Shown here one piece after another: positions 50,632 to 60,980 of a stretch of 64,000 nt of DNA. A model generated the notes under the pieces. The model was not told the DNA's origin. It searched no databases and saw only the letters and a list, made by a program, of their open reading frames with translations. Position numbers and translations under genes: made by a program. The DNA is from Candidatus Bathyarchaeota archaeon (GTDB taxonomy: Archaea > Thermoproteota > Bathyarchaeia > Bathyarchaeales > Bathycorpusculaceae), in the NCBI GenBank assembly GCA_963782525.1, contig CAWAKC010000003.1, positions 128,001 through 192,000 on the forward strand, written 5' to 3'. How positions within the stretch are numbered: the first letter of the stretch is position 1; each line of letters opens with the position of its first letter.

Positions 50632-51013
50632 GGATATCGTATCAATAACGCCTCTCGATTCCTAATTAACATTGTCCAACCAACTCGGTTTGGCGCCTCA
50701 GAACATATTTGGTTAAAGTCATCTAGGAAATTTTTGGTCTCCAATACTTTCGTGCAATTGTCATCATAGGTGGGAGAGTTCAAGTTAACCTAATCACTTT
50801 ATACTTAAAAAGAAATGTTGTGCCTCCGAATTCGTATAACTGACATCATTTTTGGGACTACCAATCCCTCTCAGACTGACGTGTTATTCATCATAGGCAT
50901 CCACTAATACGCGGTTGTCAGATAAAAAATAGTCCGTTGCCCAAAATTTATTCGTATTAAAATAGAAAAAAATAAAAAACTGAAAGGGAAAGCAAAACAC
51001 CGTTTAGACTAAA

Positions 51014-51106
51014 TTAACTAGTCTGTGTTTTGCTCTGCTTTGCCTTTTTTGCTTTTCGTTTCTCGTCGCGTTCTTTTTTAGTTAACGGTTTTTCTTTTTT
51101 CGGCAT
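51014..51106 (-). CDS. Very small Lys-rich protein (30 aa)
   Basis: GGAG SD; MPKKEKPLTKKERDEKRKAKKAKQSKTQTS; T-rich terminator follows. Confidence 0.5.
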   Translation of the reverse strand: MPKKEKPLTKKERDEKRKAKKAKQSKTQTS

Positions 51107-51163
51107 CGGGTTTTACTCCGAGAATAACCTTATAGCGATTACTGCTTTAATAACTTTTCAAAA

Positions 51164-51514
51164 TTACGTGTATTCCCTGAACGTGTGTCCGCATTTTGTA
51201 CATCGCATAAACTGAGTTGATGCTTCGTCGCCGCCCCGAGTTTGCACCTGCCAAACATAAACTTCGTTATTCTCACATTTTTCGCATTTCATCTTTATGG
51301 TTTGCATGGTCTTTATGTTGGCATCTTCTTCTGAAATGATGGTCATGAACGGTTTAGGCTTAGGTTGTATGACTGCGCCTGTTCTTGCTTCAGCTTTTTT
51401 ATCGTTCGGCTGCTTTGTGTAGCCACATTTTTGGCAGGACAAAATAAACGCGTTACTGCCATCTCCGGTTCGTTTAGGTTCAAGACGGCACCCGCATGTT
51501 GGACAAAACTCCAT
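51164..51514 (-). CDS. tfs: Transcription factor S (TFS/RpoM family)
   Basis: MEFCPTCG N-terminal ribbon; QTRGGDEASTQFMRCTKCGH with the acidic DE hairpin. Confidence 0.92.
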   Translation of the reverse strand: MEFCPTCGCRLEPKRTGDGSNAFILSCQKCGYTKQPNDKKAEARTGAVIQPKPKPFMTIISEEDANIKTMQTIKMKCEKCENNEVYVWQVQTRGGDEASTQFMRCTKCGHTFREYT

Positions 51515-51656
51515 TGAACAGAATTCCCCACTTTAACGATCATAATGATATGCAAGAAGATATAAGGCTTATTTTATTAGTTCATGAAAATTTTGGAGAA
51601 TTAAAGTAACAAACTTTAACTATGGTTCCCAAGCCAATCGTCTTTAGGTTACAGAA

Positions 51657-52307
51657 ATGCCTGAATATAACAACCAACAAAGTGAATGGCTAACAATCGA
51701 ACATGCACTATCATATTTGGCGAGGGCAGATAAGCTGCCACATCGGACAGAAGGCGAAAAAGCGCTGCTTGAGCAAATTCCTGTTAGTGCTAAAAAAGTT
51801 TTGGATTTAGGAACAGGCGATGGAAGACTGCTTGCGCTTGTGAAATTGAATAGTCCATCGGTTGAAGGTGTAGCCTTAGATTTTTCTGACCCGATGATTG
51901 AGCAAGCGAAGAAACGTTTCGCAAACGACAAACACGTAACCATTGTTAAGCATGACTTTAGCCTGCCGCTTCCCGCAGAACAATTGGGCAAATTTGACGC
52001 CGTAGTCTCCAGCTTAGCAATCCATCATCTAACGCACCCAAGAAAAAAACAGCTCTATACGGAGATATTCCATCTTCTGAATCCTAAAGGTGTCTTCTGC
52101 AACCTCGAACACGTTTCATCCCCAACTGATAACCTGCATGCGAAATTCTTAGAAGCTATTCATTGGACTCGTGAAAGCGAGGACCCTTCGAATAAGCTAT
52201 TAGATGTGGAAACTCAATTGCAGTGGCTTAGGCAAATCGGGTTTTTTGACGTGGATTGCAACTGGAAATGGCTTGAATTAGCGCTTTTAGCGGGTTTTAA
52301 GCCCTAA
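51657..52307 (+). CDS. Class I SAM-dependent methyltransferase
   Basis: VLDLGTGDG, FDAVVSSLAIHH, LNPKG. Confidence 0.9.
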   Translation: MPEYNNQQSEWLTIEHALSYLARADKLPHRTEGEKALLEQIPVSAKKVLDLGTGDGRLLALVKLNSPSVEGVALDFSDPMIEQAKKRFANDKHVTIVKHDFSLPLPAEQLGKFDAVVSSLAIHHLTHPRKKQLYTEIFHLLNPKGVFCNLEHVSSPTDNLHAKFLEAIHWTRESEDPSNKLLDVETQLQWLRQIGFFDVDCNWKWLELALLAGFKP

Positions 52308-52378
52308 ATTTTTTCCTAGTTAAGCAAGCGACAGAAAGATATTAATAACAAACGCTCACACTGAAATAATAGGAGTTT

Positions 52379-52858
52379 TTGATTAAATTGACAACAGAAA
52401 TTGAGCAGATAAACTGGATGCACTGGATCTACCGCTTAATCGCGCTTATCATTGATAGCATTATTACCGGAATAATTGGCGGCATAATATTCACGATATT
52501 GGGAGTCGTAGCATGGTGGGGCGCAGCGCTTCTGTTTCCGTTCATATATGGAATAATCCTTGTTATTTACAGCGCCATCTTGGAAGCTTCATGGAATGGA
52601 ATGACAATAGGCAAAAAGCTACTCGGAATGCAAGTTCAAACAACAAATGGCGGAAAATTGGCTTTCGACAAAGCGTTCATCCGTAACGTAAGCAAAATTT
52701 ACTGGCTATTGCTGCTCTTGGATTGGCTAGTGGGAATCGTAACCCCTGGGAACAAGATGCAGAAATACACCGATCGCATGGCAGGAACAGTTGTTGTTCA
52801 AACAAAGCAAGTGTTCGCAACACCCCCGTCTCCACCACCCCCGCCACCACCAACATAA
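52379..52858 (+). CDS. RDD family membrane protein
   Basis: R..A.IID, GMTIGK, IRN, Q...DR.AGTVV. Confidence 0.9.
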   Translation: MIKLTTEIEQINWMHWIYRLIALIIDSIITGIIGGIIFTILGVVAWWGAALLFPFIYGIILVIYSAILEASWNGMTIGKKLLGMQVQTTNGGKLAFDKAFIRNVSKIYWLLLLLDWLVGIVTPGNKMQKYTDRMAGTVVVQTKQVFATPPSPPPPPPPT

Positions 52859-52901
52859 AACAAAAATTTCTTTATTTTTTTCTTTTTTATTAAAAAAAAA
52901 A

Positions 52902-53243
52902 TTAATGCTCTCTAATTGCTCTTAAATCTTCTATCCACTTCTTGAAAGAACTTTCACTTAGGCCCCTTCCTAATTGTGCGTCAAGCCTCTTGCAAGCCTT
53001 GCCGTCCTCAAAATAAATAATCGTTGGCACGGCGGGGACATCGTAGTCATCCCATAACTTGTTATCATAGTCGTCGAGGAGAATATGGATGACACTTTCA
53101 AAACCCATTTTCACAACTGTTTTATCAAAGGTTGGAACAAATCCCACACAGAAGGGACACCATGAAGCGTAGAACAATGCAAGGACCTTTTTGTTTTTCT
53201 TCAGTTCCAAATCTAGGTCTTGCTTGGTGTATATTTTGTTCAT
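52902..53243 (-). CDS. Thioredoxin family protein
   Basis: FYASWCPFC and VPT motifs. Confidence 0.9.
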   Translation of the reverse strand: MNKIYTKQDLDLELKKNKKVLALFYASWCPFCVGFVPTFDKTVVKMGFESVIHILLDDYDNKLWDDYDVPAVPTIIYFEDGKACKRLDAQLGRGLSESSFKKWIEDLRAIREH

Positions 53244-53363
53244 GGATTAGGAACGGGTTTTGGGTTTGATAAACATGTCGTTTCGAGTAGTGCTTTTATG
53301 CAACTTGATAAAGTAAGCAACAACTAAAATAACCAAAGCTGCACAAATGAATAGCGAACAAGA

Positions 53364-54086
53364 ATGAAACCTAAAAACTACAAACGCGGCTACCCTGTCG
53401 CAGTCCTCATTGGAATGGAAGCGGACCGCGCAGCGCTCTGGCACATTTATAGCCAAGTCGCCAAACCCCAACAAACCATACCCTTAAACAGCGACCGCAA
53501 AGACCAAAAAGTACTCTACAGCTTTCATGAAACTATCGTAAACGCCCTAAGACCTGTGCTAAAAGAAGGCGTTAGAAGTGTAATAGTTGCTTCGCCGCCT
53601 AGAACTAGCTATGCATTGGACTTTTTGTTCCACATAAAAACCCATCATTCATGGCTTTCGCAGGGAACAAACAAAGCCTCCATCTCCCAGATAACAGGTT
53701 CCGGAAGCACACCTCCGCAAGTAGCTGCCTTGACAAAGACCTCCGCTTTCAAAAAGTTAATTCAGGAAAATGCAGCGGAAGAAACTGAGAACCTGCTCGA
53801 AATTCTCGAAAAACGCCTAAACAGAACCGACAACCTCGTGCTTTTTTCCCTCCAGGAAGCGGAAAACCTCATCTTATTCCCTCAAGCGATAGGGAAACCT
53901 CAACCAGAATACCTTCTGCTGACAAATGATTACCTAAACGGTAGCCGCCAGAAAAACCGAGTAAATCGTCTCATGCAGATTGCCGCTAAGAATGGCGTTA
54001 AAACACGTGTCATTGATGCTGAATCGAATGCTGGCAAACGCCTCACGCAACTAGGCGGGATTGTTTGTTTAGCGAAGCTCGATTAG
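53364..54086 (+). CDS. Pelota/eRF1 middle and C-terminal domain protein
   Basis: VIVASPP and C-terminal AESNAGKRLTQLGGIVCL. Confidence 0.6.
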   Translation: MKPKNYKRGYPVAVLIGMEADRAALWHIYSQVAKPQQTIPLNSDRKDQKVLYSFHETIVNALRPVLKEGVRSVIVASPPRTSYALDFLFHIKTHHSWLSQGTNKASISQITGSGSTPPQVAALTKTSAFKKLIQENAAEETENLLEILEKRLNRTDNLVLFSLQEAENLILFPQAIGKPQPEYLLLTNDYLNGSRQKNRVNRLMQIAAKNGVKTRVIDAESNAGKRLTQLGGIVCLAKLD

Positions 54087-54814
54087 AGGAATTCTTCTCG
54101 TTTTAACTGTGCAATGGTTATTTTGCCAGCATGCAAGGCAGTGGCAATTAGTACGCCTGATACGCCAAGGTTTCTTAATTCAACCAAGTCGTTTATGTTT
54201 CGGACGCCGCCGCCGACAAACAAGTCGACACCAACCGCAGCGATTACTTCCTTGAGGAAATCTATGTTTACTCCCTCGTCGTTGCCAACGCGAGCTAAAT
54301 CCAACACAATAACCTGTGAAACACCCATCTGCTTAAAATCTTTCAAGAGGCAAATGGGGTTTAGGCAGCCGTCGAACCCTAATTTAACGAGGATTTTGTC
54401 GCCTTTCAAATCTAAACTGAGAACAACACGGTCGCTTCCAAAAACATCTACGGCTTGCTCAACAAATTTTTTGCTCTGCAAGGTTTCCGTTCCAATTATT
54501 AACTTAGAAACGCCATTGTCGAGCAATTTTTGGGCTCTTTCGATGTTTGTTATGCCTACATCAACCATTAGTTTAATTCCTGTTTTTTCTGCGATGTTTC
54601 CAATGGGTTGAAAACTGGTGGAACAGTCAATTATGGCATCCAAATCTGCAACATACAATTCTGAGAATCCAAGGTTTTTGAAGGCTTGGGCGACATCTTC
54701 GGGCGCAGTAGACTTTGTGAGGACGCTTTGGAGCGGTTGGTATTCTTTCCTTTTGCCTCTTATCGCATGCACAACTCTGCCATTTAAAATGTCTATGACT
54801 GGTATAACCTTCAA
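54083..54814 (-). CDS. HisA/HisF-like TIM barrel linked to the methanofuran cluster
   Basis: VIPVIDILNGRVVHA, LYVADLDAI, LDLARVG, VGGGVR; TTG start after AAGGTG. Confidence 0.85.
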   Translation of the reverse strand: MKVIPVIDILNGRVVHAIRGKRKEYQPLQSVLTKSTAPEDVAQAFKNLGFSELYVADLDAIIDCSTSFQPIGNIAEKTGIKLMVDVGITNIERAQKLLDNGVSKLIIGTETLQSKKFVEQAVDVFGSDRVVLSLDLKGDKILVKLGFDGCLNPICLLKDFKQMGVSQVIVLDLARVGNDEGVNIDFLKEVIAAVGVDLFVGGGVRNINDLVELRNLGVSGVLIATALHAGKITIAQLKREEFL

Positions 54815-55005
54815 GACGTGGGCACCTTTAGGAATTGTCTCCAACCGTATAGAAAAACCTAACCGTTTCAAGTCTTTAAAAGGTCGTATTGGCGTTTTTT
54901 TTTATGTCCTAAGATGTTAAAAAAATACACTGACCATTAAGAAACCCAGCCAACTTTACAGGAAAACTTTAAAGGCATCAAAAAAGGGCATCAATATGAA
55001 ACAAC

Positions 55006-55734
55006 TTGAAGCTGCTTATAAGTCCAATGAATGAAAAAGAAGCCCGAGAAGCCATCGCAGGGGGAGCAGACATAATCGATGTAAAAAACCCGGCTGAGGG
55101 TGCTTTGGGCGCAAATTATCCTTGGGTTATAAGGCGAATTAGAGAAATAACACCAAAAAACCTCGAGGTTAGCTGCACAATCGGCGAAGTTGGAAACCAT
55201 CCAGGTGCAGTTTCGCTTGCGGCACTTGGCGCAGCATCATTAGGGGTTGACTACATCAAGGTAGGGCTTAAGGGAATTAAAACGGCAGAGACAGCAATTT
55301 TTCTGTTGCAAAACGTCTGCAAAGCTGCCAAAGAATGCAATCCAAAAATCAAAATCGCTGTTGCAGGCTATGCCGATGCAGAAAAAATCTGCGTAATCAA
55401 CCCCTTGTTAATTCCTGAAATTGCATATAAATCCCAGGTGGATGTTGCAATGCTTGACACATCCATTAAAGATGGTAAAACCTTATTCAACCATTTAACT
55501 GTTGAGCAACTAGAAAAATTTGTTTATTCCACGCACAGCTTCGGCTTAGAGGCTGCTTTGGCTGGTTCACTTAGAAAACAGGATTTACCCATTGTTTACG
55601 GTTTAGGCGCTGACATTGCAGGGTTACGCGGGGCTGCATGCACTAACAGCAATCGGGTGACGGGGCAAATTACCAGAAAATTGGTAGCTGACTTGGTTGA
55701 GGTTGTTAGGCAAACTGGTTCTAAGAGGGCTTAG
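55006..55734 (+). CDS. mfnB: (5-formylfuran-3-yl)methyl phosphate synthase
   Basis: LLISP..EA, DVKNPAEGALGA, DYIKVG, MLDT..KDG, LAGSL, GLRGAAC. Confidence 0.93.
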   Translation: MKLLISPMNEKEAREAIAGGADIIDVKNPAEGALGANYPWVIRRIREITPKNLEVSCTIGEVGNHPGAVSLAALGAASLGVDYIKVGLKGIKTAETAIFLLQNVCKAAKECNPKIKIAVAGYADAEKICVINPLLIPEIAYKSQVDVAMLDTSIKDGKTLFNHLTVEQLEKFVYSTHSFGLEAALAGSLRKQDLPIVYGLGADIAGLRGAACTNSNRVTGQITRKLVADLVEVVRQTGSKRA

Positions 55735-55736
55735 TT

Positions 55737-56873
55737 TTGCGGCCTAAAGGCTTACCTCAAAAAACCATTTTGGATGAACTCAAGAGAATTCGCGCCTTAA
55801 ATCAAAACTATACTGATGGCAAAATTCTGTGTTCCATGTGTACCAAACCGCATCCAATCGCAGAAAAGGTCTACCGAATGTTTTTTGAATCAAATTTAGG
55901 TGATTCGGGGCTTTTTCCTGGAAGTGTTCAAATAGAGAAAGAAGTTATGCAAGAACTTGCTGCACTTCTTCACGGAGACCGTGCAGTGGGTTTTTTGGTT
56001 TCAGGCGGAACCGAAGCAAACCTTATGGCAATGCTTTTGGCAAGAAATTTGGCCAAAGTCAATAAGCCCGAAGTGGTCCTTCCTGAGTCAGCACATTTCT
56101 CTTTCACAAAAATCTGCAACATGCTAAACCTCAAGCCAATATATGCCAGTTTAGACAGCTCTTTTAGGGTTAATCCGTCAGAAGTTGAAAATCTCATAAA
56201 CAAGAACACGGTCGCTATCGTTGGTACGGCGGGAACTGCGGAATTAGGCGTAGTTGACTCAATAGATCAACTTTCAGAAATTGCGTTGCGGCGAGGGGTT
56301 TATTTGCATGTTGATGCAGCGTTTGGCGGCTTAGTAATCCCTTTTCTAAAAAATACTCAACCCATATTTGACTTTAGCTTAGAAGGCGTAAAATCAATCA
56401 CAGTTGATCCTCACAAGATGGGCATGGCGGCAATTCCATCCGGCGGAATCCTTTTCAAAGAAGCTAAAATGCTTGATTACCTCAAAACAGAAACGCCCTA
56501 CTTAACCGACAAAACTCAATTCACAATTGTTGGAACAAGAACCGGAGCTTCGGCTGCTTCTGTGTGGGCTGTTTTAAAAACGTTGGGTCGAGACGGTTAC
56601 GTGAGAGTAGTTGGCGAATGCATGAAAAACACAAAATTGCTTGCCAACGGCATAGAAAAAGCCGGTTTTAAACTAGTCGTCGAGCCAACTTTGAATCTGG
56701 TTGCCTTCCGTGACGACAATATTAAGGGGTTAGCCGAGAATTTGCGGCGGCGGGGCTGGTTTGTCTCTTACGTTCCACGGTACGATTGTATAAGAATCGT
56801 TGTTATGCCACACGTTAAAAAGCGGCATATTGCAGCTTTTTTGAGTGAATTAGGTCAGATAGAAAAGCTTTAA
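55737..56873 (+). CDS. mfnA: L-tyrosine/L-aspartate decarboxylase
   Basis: SMCT.PH, NLGD.GLFPG, SGGTEAN, HVDAAFGG, DPHK (PLP Lys), GTR. Confidence 0.93.
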   Translation: MRPKGLPQKTILDELKRIRALNQNYTDGKILCSMCTKPHPIAEKVYRMFFESNLGDSGLFPGSVQIEKEVMQELAALLHGDRAVGFLVSGGTEANLMAMLLARNLAKVNKPEVVLPESAHFSFTKICNMLNLKPIYASLDSSFRVNPSEVENLINKNTVAIVGTAGTAELGVVDSIDQLSEIALRRGVYLHVDAAFGGLVIPFLKNTQPIFDFSLEGVKSITVDPHKMGMAAIPSGGILFKEAKMLDYLKTETPYLTDKTQFTIVGTRTGASAASVWAVLKTLGRDGYVRVVGECMKNTKLLANGIEKAGFKLVVEPTLNLVAFRDDNIKGLAENLRRRGWFVSYVPRYDCIRIVVMPHVKKRHIAAFLSELGQIEKL

Positions 56874-56915
56874 GCCATCCTTCACATAGCAAAAACGACT
56901 CTCGAAGGGCATTAC

Positions 56916-58139
56916 ATGAAGATTATTGTTTACGAACATGTTTCAGGTGGCGGATACGCAAAGCAGCCTATTCCAACAAGCGTTTTAGCTGAAGGTTTTG
57001 GAATGCTACGAGAGATTGTGGCTGATTTTGCGGCGGCGGGGCATGAAGTTACGGTTTTACTGGACGCAAGAATAGCAAAACTTCATCCTCCATTAGAAGT
57101 ATTCTGCATATTACCCATCTACTTAAGCAAAGAATCAGAAAGATTTCTCAAAAACATTGCTCCAATCAACGACGCAACCTACATCATTGCACCTGAAACG
57201 GGGCAAACTCTTCAGTCGCTGGTTGGCCTTGCAGAGCAAACTGGCAAGATTTCGCTTAACTGCGAATCAAAAGTCATCAAAACTGTTGCCAACAAAGCTG
57301 CTCTCTACGAGGATTTGCAGAAAAAAGGTTTTCGAACACCAAAAACATTGGTTCTAAATAGCTCTAACAGTTTAGCGCAGGTTAAGCAAGCCATTAAACG
57401 TGAATTTAGTTATCCCATTATCCTCAAACCTATGGATGGAGTAGGATGTGCCGGATTAAGTATCGTCAAAGAAGACGCCCAGGTTAAGGTGGCTGTCAAA
57501 AAAGTAAAAGCTGGATTTAGGGTGACACATTTTGTGGTTCAGCAGTTCATCGAGGGAGAACCCGCAAGCGTAAGCCTTCTTTGTAAAGGTAAAAAGGCTT
57601 TGGCGATAAGTTTAAACCGGCAAAGCATAACCCTTGCCGAACCCAACGAAACCTCATCCTACGACGGCGGCTGTGTGCCCTTCAGTCATCCCCTAAAGCA
57701 AGAAGCCATGTCTTTGGCTGAAAAAGTGGTTGAGTCGTTTTCGGGTTTGCGAGGGTATGTTGGTGTTGACTTGGTTTTAGCAACGGATGGGCCTTACGTT
57801 GTTGATGTTAATCCAAGATTAACAACGTCTTACGTTGGATTGAGCAAAGTTGCCAACTTCAACGTTGCTGAAGCGTTAATTAACTCCGTTATCAACGGTC
57901 AATTGCCGTTTAAACCTGAAAATCGATGCTTTGCCTGTTTCTCAAAAGTCGAAACACCCACTCCATCGATCATCACTTTCCAAAAAGCCACGCAATCAAG
58001 CAACATTATTTCGCCGCCCTTTCCATTAGATGAAAAAACCAAATTGTATTCCCTTGTCATCGGCGAAGGCGAGAGCTTGGATAAAGCTCTGCGTGATTTA
58101 GAAGAAGCTAAAAAGAACTTGCTTAACAATATCACTTGA
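56916..58139 (+). CDS. mfnD: Tyramine--L-glutamate ligase (ATP-grasp)
   Basis: EGFGML, IIAPE, KP.DG.GC.G, GYVGVD, NPRLTTSY; cluster context. Confidence 0.85.
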   Translation: MKIIVYEHVSGGGYAKQPIPTSVLAEGFGMLREIVADFAAAGHEVTVLLDARIAKLHPPLEVFCILPIYLSKESERFLKNIAPINDATYIIAPETGQTLQSLVGLAEQTGKISLNCESKVIKTVANKAALYEDLQKKGFRTPKTLVLNSSNSLAQVKQAIKREFSYPIILKPMDGVGCAGLSIVKEDAQVKVAVKKVKAGFRVTHFVVQQFIEGEPASVSLLCKGKKALAISLNRQSITLAEPNETSSYDGGCVPFSHPLKQEAMSLAEKVVESFSGLRGYVGVDLVLATDGPYVVDVNPRLTTSYVGLSKVANFNVAEALINSVINGQLPFKPENRCFACFSKVETPTPSIITFQKATQSSNIISPPFPLDEKTKLYSLVIGEGESLDKALRDLEEAKKNLLNNIT

Positions 58140-59211
58140 GGAAAAACAGTTTGGTTGATGTGGTAGGCTACGATGTTGGAGGCGCTAACACAAAAGCCGC
58201 ATTCGTCACTGTTAAGTCAGGTGAACTACTGAATGCTGAGGGGGCAGTTGAGTATTTTCCAGTTTGGAAGCACCCCGAAAAACTGGTTGATGTCCTTTTA
58301 GCTCTAAAAGAACGGTTGGGCACGGGTAGACTTGACGGTGTAGGTTTAACAATGACTGCTGAATTATCCGATGCTTACCAAACCAAACGGGAAGGCGTTT
58401 ACCACATTTTAGACTGCGTTAAGAAAGCCCTTCCTGAGGTGCCCATTTACGTTTTGAACACCGACGCTAAAATGGAACCATTAGAAATTGCCAAACAGTT
58501 GCCGCTGGGAGTTGCCGCGGCTAATTGGGCAGCAACGGGCTGGATAGTATCTAAACACTTCAAGGATTGTGTCATAGTTGATGTAGGGAGCACCAGTACT
58601 AGCATAATTCCCATCCTAAACGGCAAGGTTGTAGCGCGTGGCAAAAAAGACTTAGACAAACTCATATGTGGAGAACTCGTTTATACGGGCAGTTTACGAA
58701 CGAACGTTGCTGCAATCGTGCAATCCATACCCACCTCAAAAGGAGTTGCAACGGTAGCTTCTGAACTTTTTGCTTTATCAGGTGACGTTCACCTTGCGTT
58801 AGGAAATATTACTGAGAAAGAATTTACTTCTGAAACCGCTGATAGAAGAGGAAAAAGTCTGCCTGAAGCCTATGCCCGGCTTGCTAGGGTAATTTGCGCT
58901 GATTCAGAAATGTTAACCTCCAGGAAATTTTGGATATTGCCCAATACATCTATGGTAAACAACTTTTGCAAGTTGAAGAAGGCTTATCCAAAGTTTACGC
59001 TTATACGAAAACGTTGGTTTCAGGTAAAGTGCCTGTGGTGGTTACTGGACTTGGAAAAAACTTTATTGCTAAAAAAGCAGCAATGAACCTTTGCGTAGAT
59101 TCAATTATCGATTTGAGCACTTTATTGCCAAAGAATGCTGTTTTCGCTACTCCAGCTTTCGGTGTAGCTCTGATGGTTGCAGATCTGCTTGAGGGAGAAA
59201 GCCACAAATGA
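58136..59211 (+). pseudogene. mfnF: MfnF (hydantoinase-A-like coupling enzyme) with one frameshift near 58920
   Basis: DVGGANTK, MTAELSD, AAANW, DVGSTST, ELVYTG; the C-terminus (VVTGLG...PAFGVA) continues in the 58930-59211 frame. May be a sequencing error. Confidence 0.8.
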
Positions 59212-59876
59212 ACGCTACAGTTCTAAAGGTGGGCGGTAGCTTGGCATTGTATCCTGAAAAGCTCAAAGCCTTATGCACAGGACTAAGCTTATCCTCGAAG
59301 AAGCACAGGTTGATTGTTGTTCCTGGCGGCGGCGAATTTGCAGATGTCGCCAGAAGTTTAGACAAACGTTTTTCCTTATCTTGTAACGCATCACATAAGA
59401 TGGCGATTTTAGGCATGGATCAATATGGTTTATTGCTTTCTGATTTGATTCCGAATTCGGTTGCGGTTAGTAAGCTGGACGAAATTGACTATTTCTTGGG
59501 GATGGGAAAGTTGCCTGTTATTTTGCCTTCGAATCTGATGCTTGGCGAGGATCCGTTAGAAAATTCTTGGGATGTAACTTCAGACTCCATAACCGTATAC
59601 CTTGCAAACAGATTTAATTTTTCGAAGGTGCTTCTAATTACTGATGTTGACGGAATCTATACAGATGACCCAAAAAAGCATCCAGAAGCCAAATTAATTG
59701 CACAAATAACTGCTCGAGAACTTTTAAGACTAAAGATTCGGACAAGCGTTGACAAAGCTTTGCCTAAATTGCTTTTGGTCTCGCCTGTTGATTGTTTTGT
59801 TGTTAACGGGTTGTTTCCTGAGCGGGTGAAGGCAATTTTGGAAAATAAAATTACCGTTTGCACGGTAATTGATTAG
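59208..59876 (+). CDS. mfnE: [5-(aminomethyl)furan-3-yl]methyl phosphate kinase
   Basis: KVGGSL, VPGGGEFAD, H.MAI..MDQ, SWDVTSDS, TDVDG. Confidence 0.88.
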   Translation: MNATVLKVGGSLALYPEKLKALCTGLSLSSKKHRLIVVPGGGEFADVARSLDKRFSLSCNASHKMAILGMDQYGLLLSDLIPNSVAVSKLDEIDYFLGMGKLPVILPSNLMLGEDPLENSWDVTSDSITVYLANRFNFSKVLLITDVDGIYTDDPKKHPEAKLIAQITARELLRLKIRTSVDKALPKLLLVSPVDCFVVNGLFPERVKAILENKITVCTVID

Positions 59877-59991
59877 TTTATTTTGACCGCTTCTATTAGT
59901 AACCTGAGGCCACCGATTCAAAACTTACTGAGATGCAGTTTTGTAGAACATCGTATGAAATAAAAAATAGAAAAAAGGAAATGGAAGAATT

Positions 59992-60156
59992 TTAGATTTT
60001 CTTTTTATCTAAGACTTCGCGGAAAGTCTTACCGCAGCAGTCATAGAGAGCTATGGTAAGTTGTGTCCGTTTGCCTTTTTTGTCTGGTTTTCCAGCCATC
60101 TTCCAGGTTTTCTTTGCGGTTTTAACTTCTTTTCCACATGTGGGGCATTTTGCCAT
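59992..60156 (-). CDS. Cren7-like small chromatin protein with Zn ligands
   Basis: MAKCPTCGKEVKTAKKTWKMAGKPDKKGKRTQLTIALYDCCGKTFREVL; GAGG SD; below the track cut-off. Confidence 0.7.
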   Translation of the reverse strand: MAKCPTCGKEVKTAKKTWKMAGKPDKKGKRTQLTIALYDCCGKTFREVLDKKKI

Positions 60157-60363
60157 GGTTATTCCTCTGGTGTGAACGTATCATATGTATGTATTTAAAA
60201 CACTTTCTATCGCTTGCTTGTTAAATGAGTAAATTAGGGGTTTTTTGAAGTAAAATCATGTTGAATTTACTATTTTTCATGAGAAAAAGTGAGGTCTAAC
60301 GGGCGATTTGCGGTGGGCACGAGAGAAGTATTAAGCCAAGAACAACAGTTAATTTGAGTTTGA

Positions 60364-60951
60364 ATGAGGATTGTTGGATTAGATCTGGCAGGAGTTGAAA
60401 AGAGACCAACAGGATTTTGTATACTCAGGGGTATGCATGCGGAAACACGCTTAGTTTACACTGACACGGAAATCCTCCAAAAAACAGTTGAAGCTAAGCC
60501 AAAAATAGTTGCCATCGATGCACCCCACCCCTATGTTTGCCGCCTGGAAGAAAATCGATCGACGAGCGAACAAACATTCACCTCAGAGATTGCGACCGCG
60601 AACTGTTGAAAATGGACATAAAACTATTTCTTATTACGCGGGGTCCCATGAGAAAACTAACTGTTCGAGGTATAAGTTTGAAGTGTGTTCTTGAAACTCA
60701 AAAGTTTACAGTGCTTGAGGCTTATCCAGGTGGCGCTCAAGACGTTTTAGGCATTCCAAGAAAGCAAAAAGGGCTTGAAAAACTAAAAGTAGGCTTAGAA
60801 AAGTTGGGCATCATTGGTTTGAAAAATCAAATGAGGGACCCTAGCTTGATGCTGTAACTTGTGCTTATGGTGGAAAATTTTTTTGGAGGGACAAGCCGTG
60901 GCTTATGGGGGCTCCAAATCAATGTATTATTCTGCCAAAAGGGGATTTTAA
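60364..60951 (+). pseudogene. DUF429-like RNase H-fold protein, frameshifted
   Basis: IVGLDLAG, VAIDAP, R.CDREL, EAYPG and LDAVTCA spread over several frames. Confidence 0.75.
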
Positions 60952-60980
60952 AAAGAAGAAATAAAGGGCTGTTATTTGAG

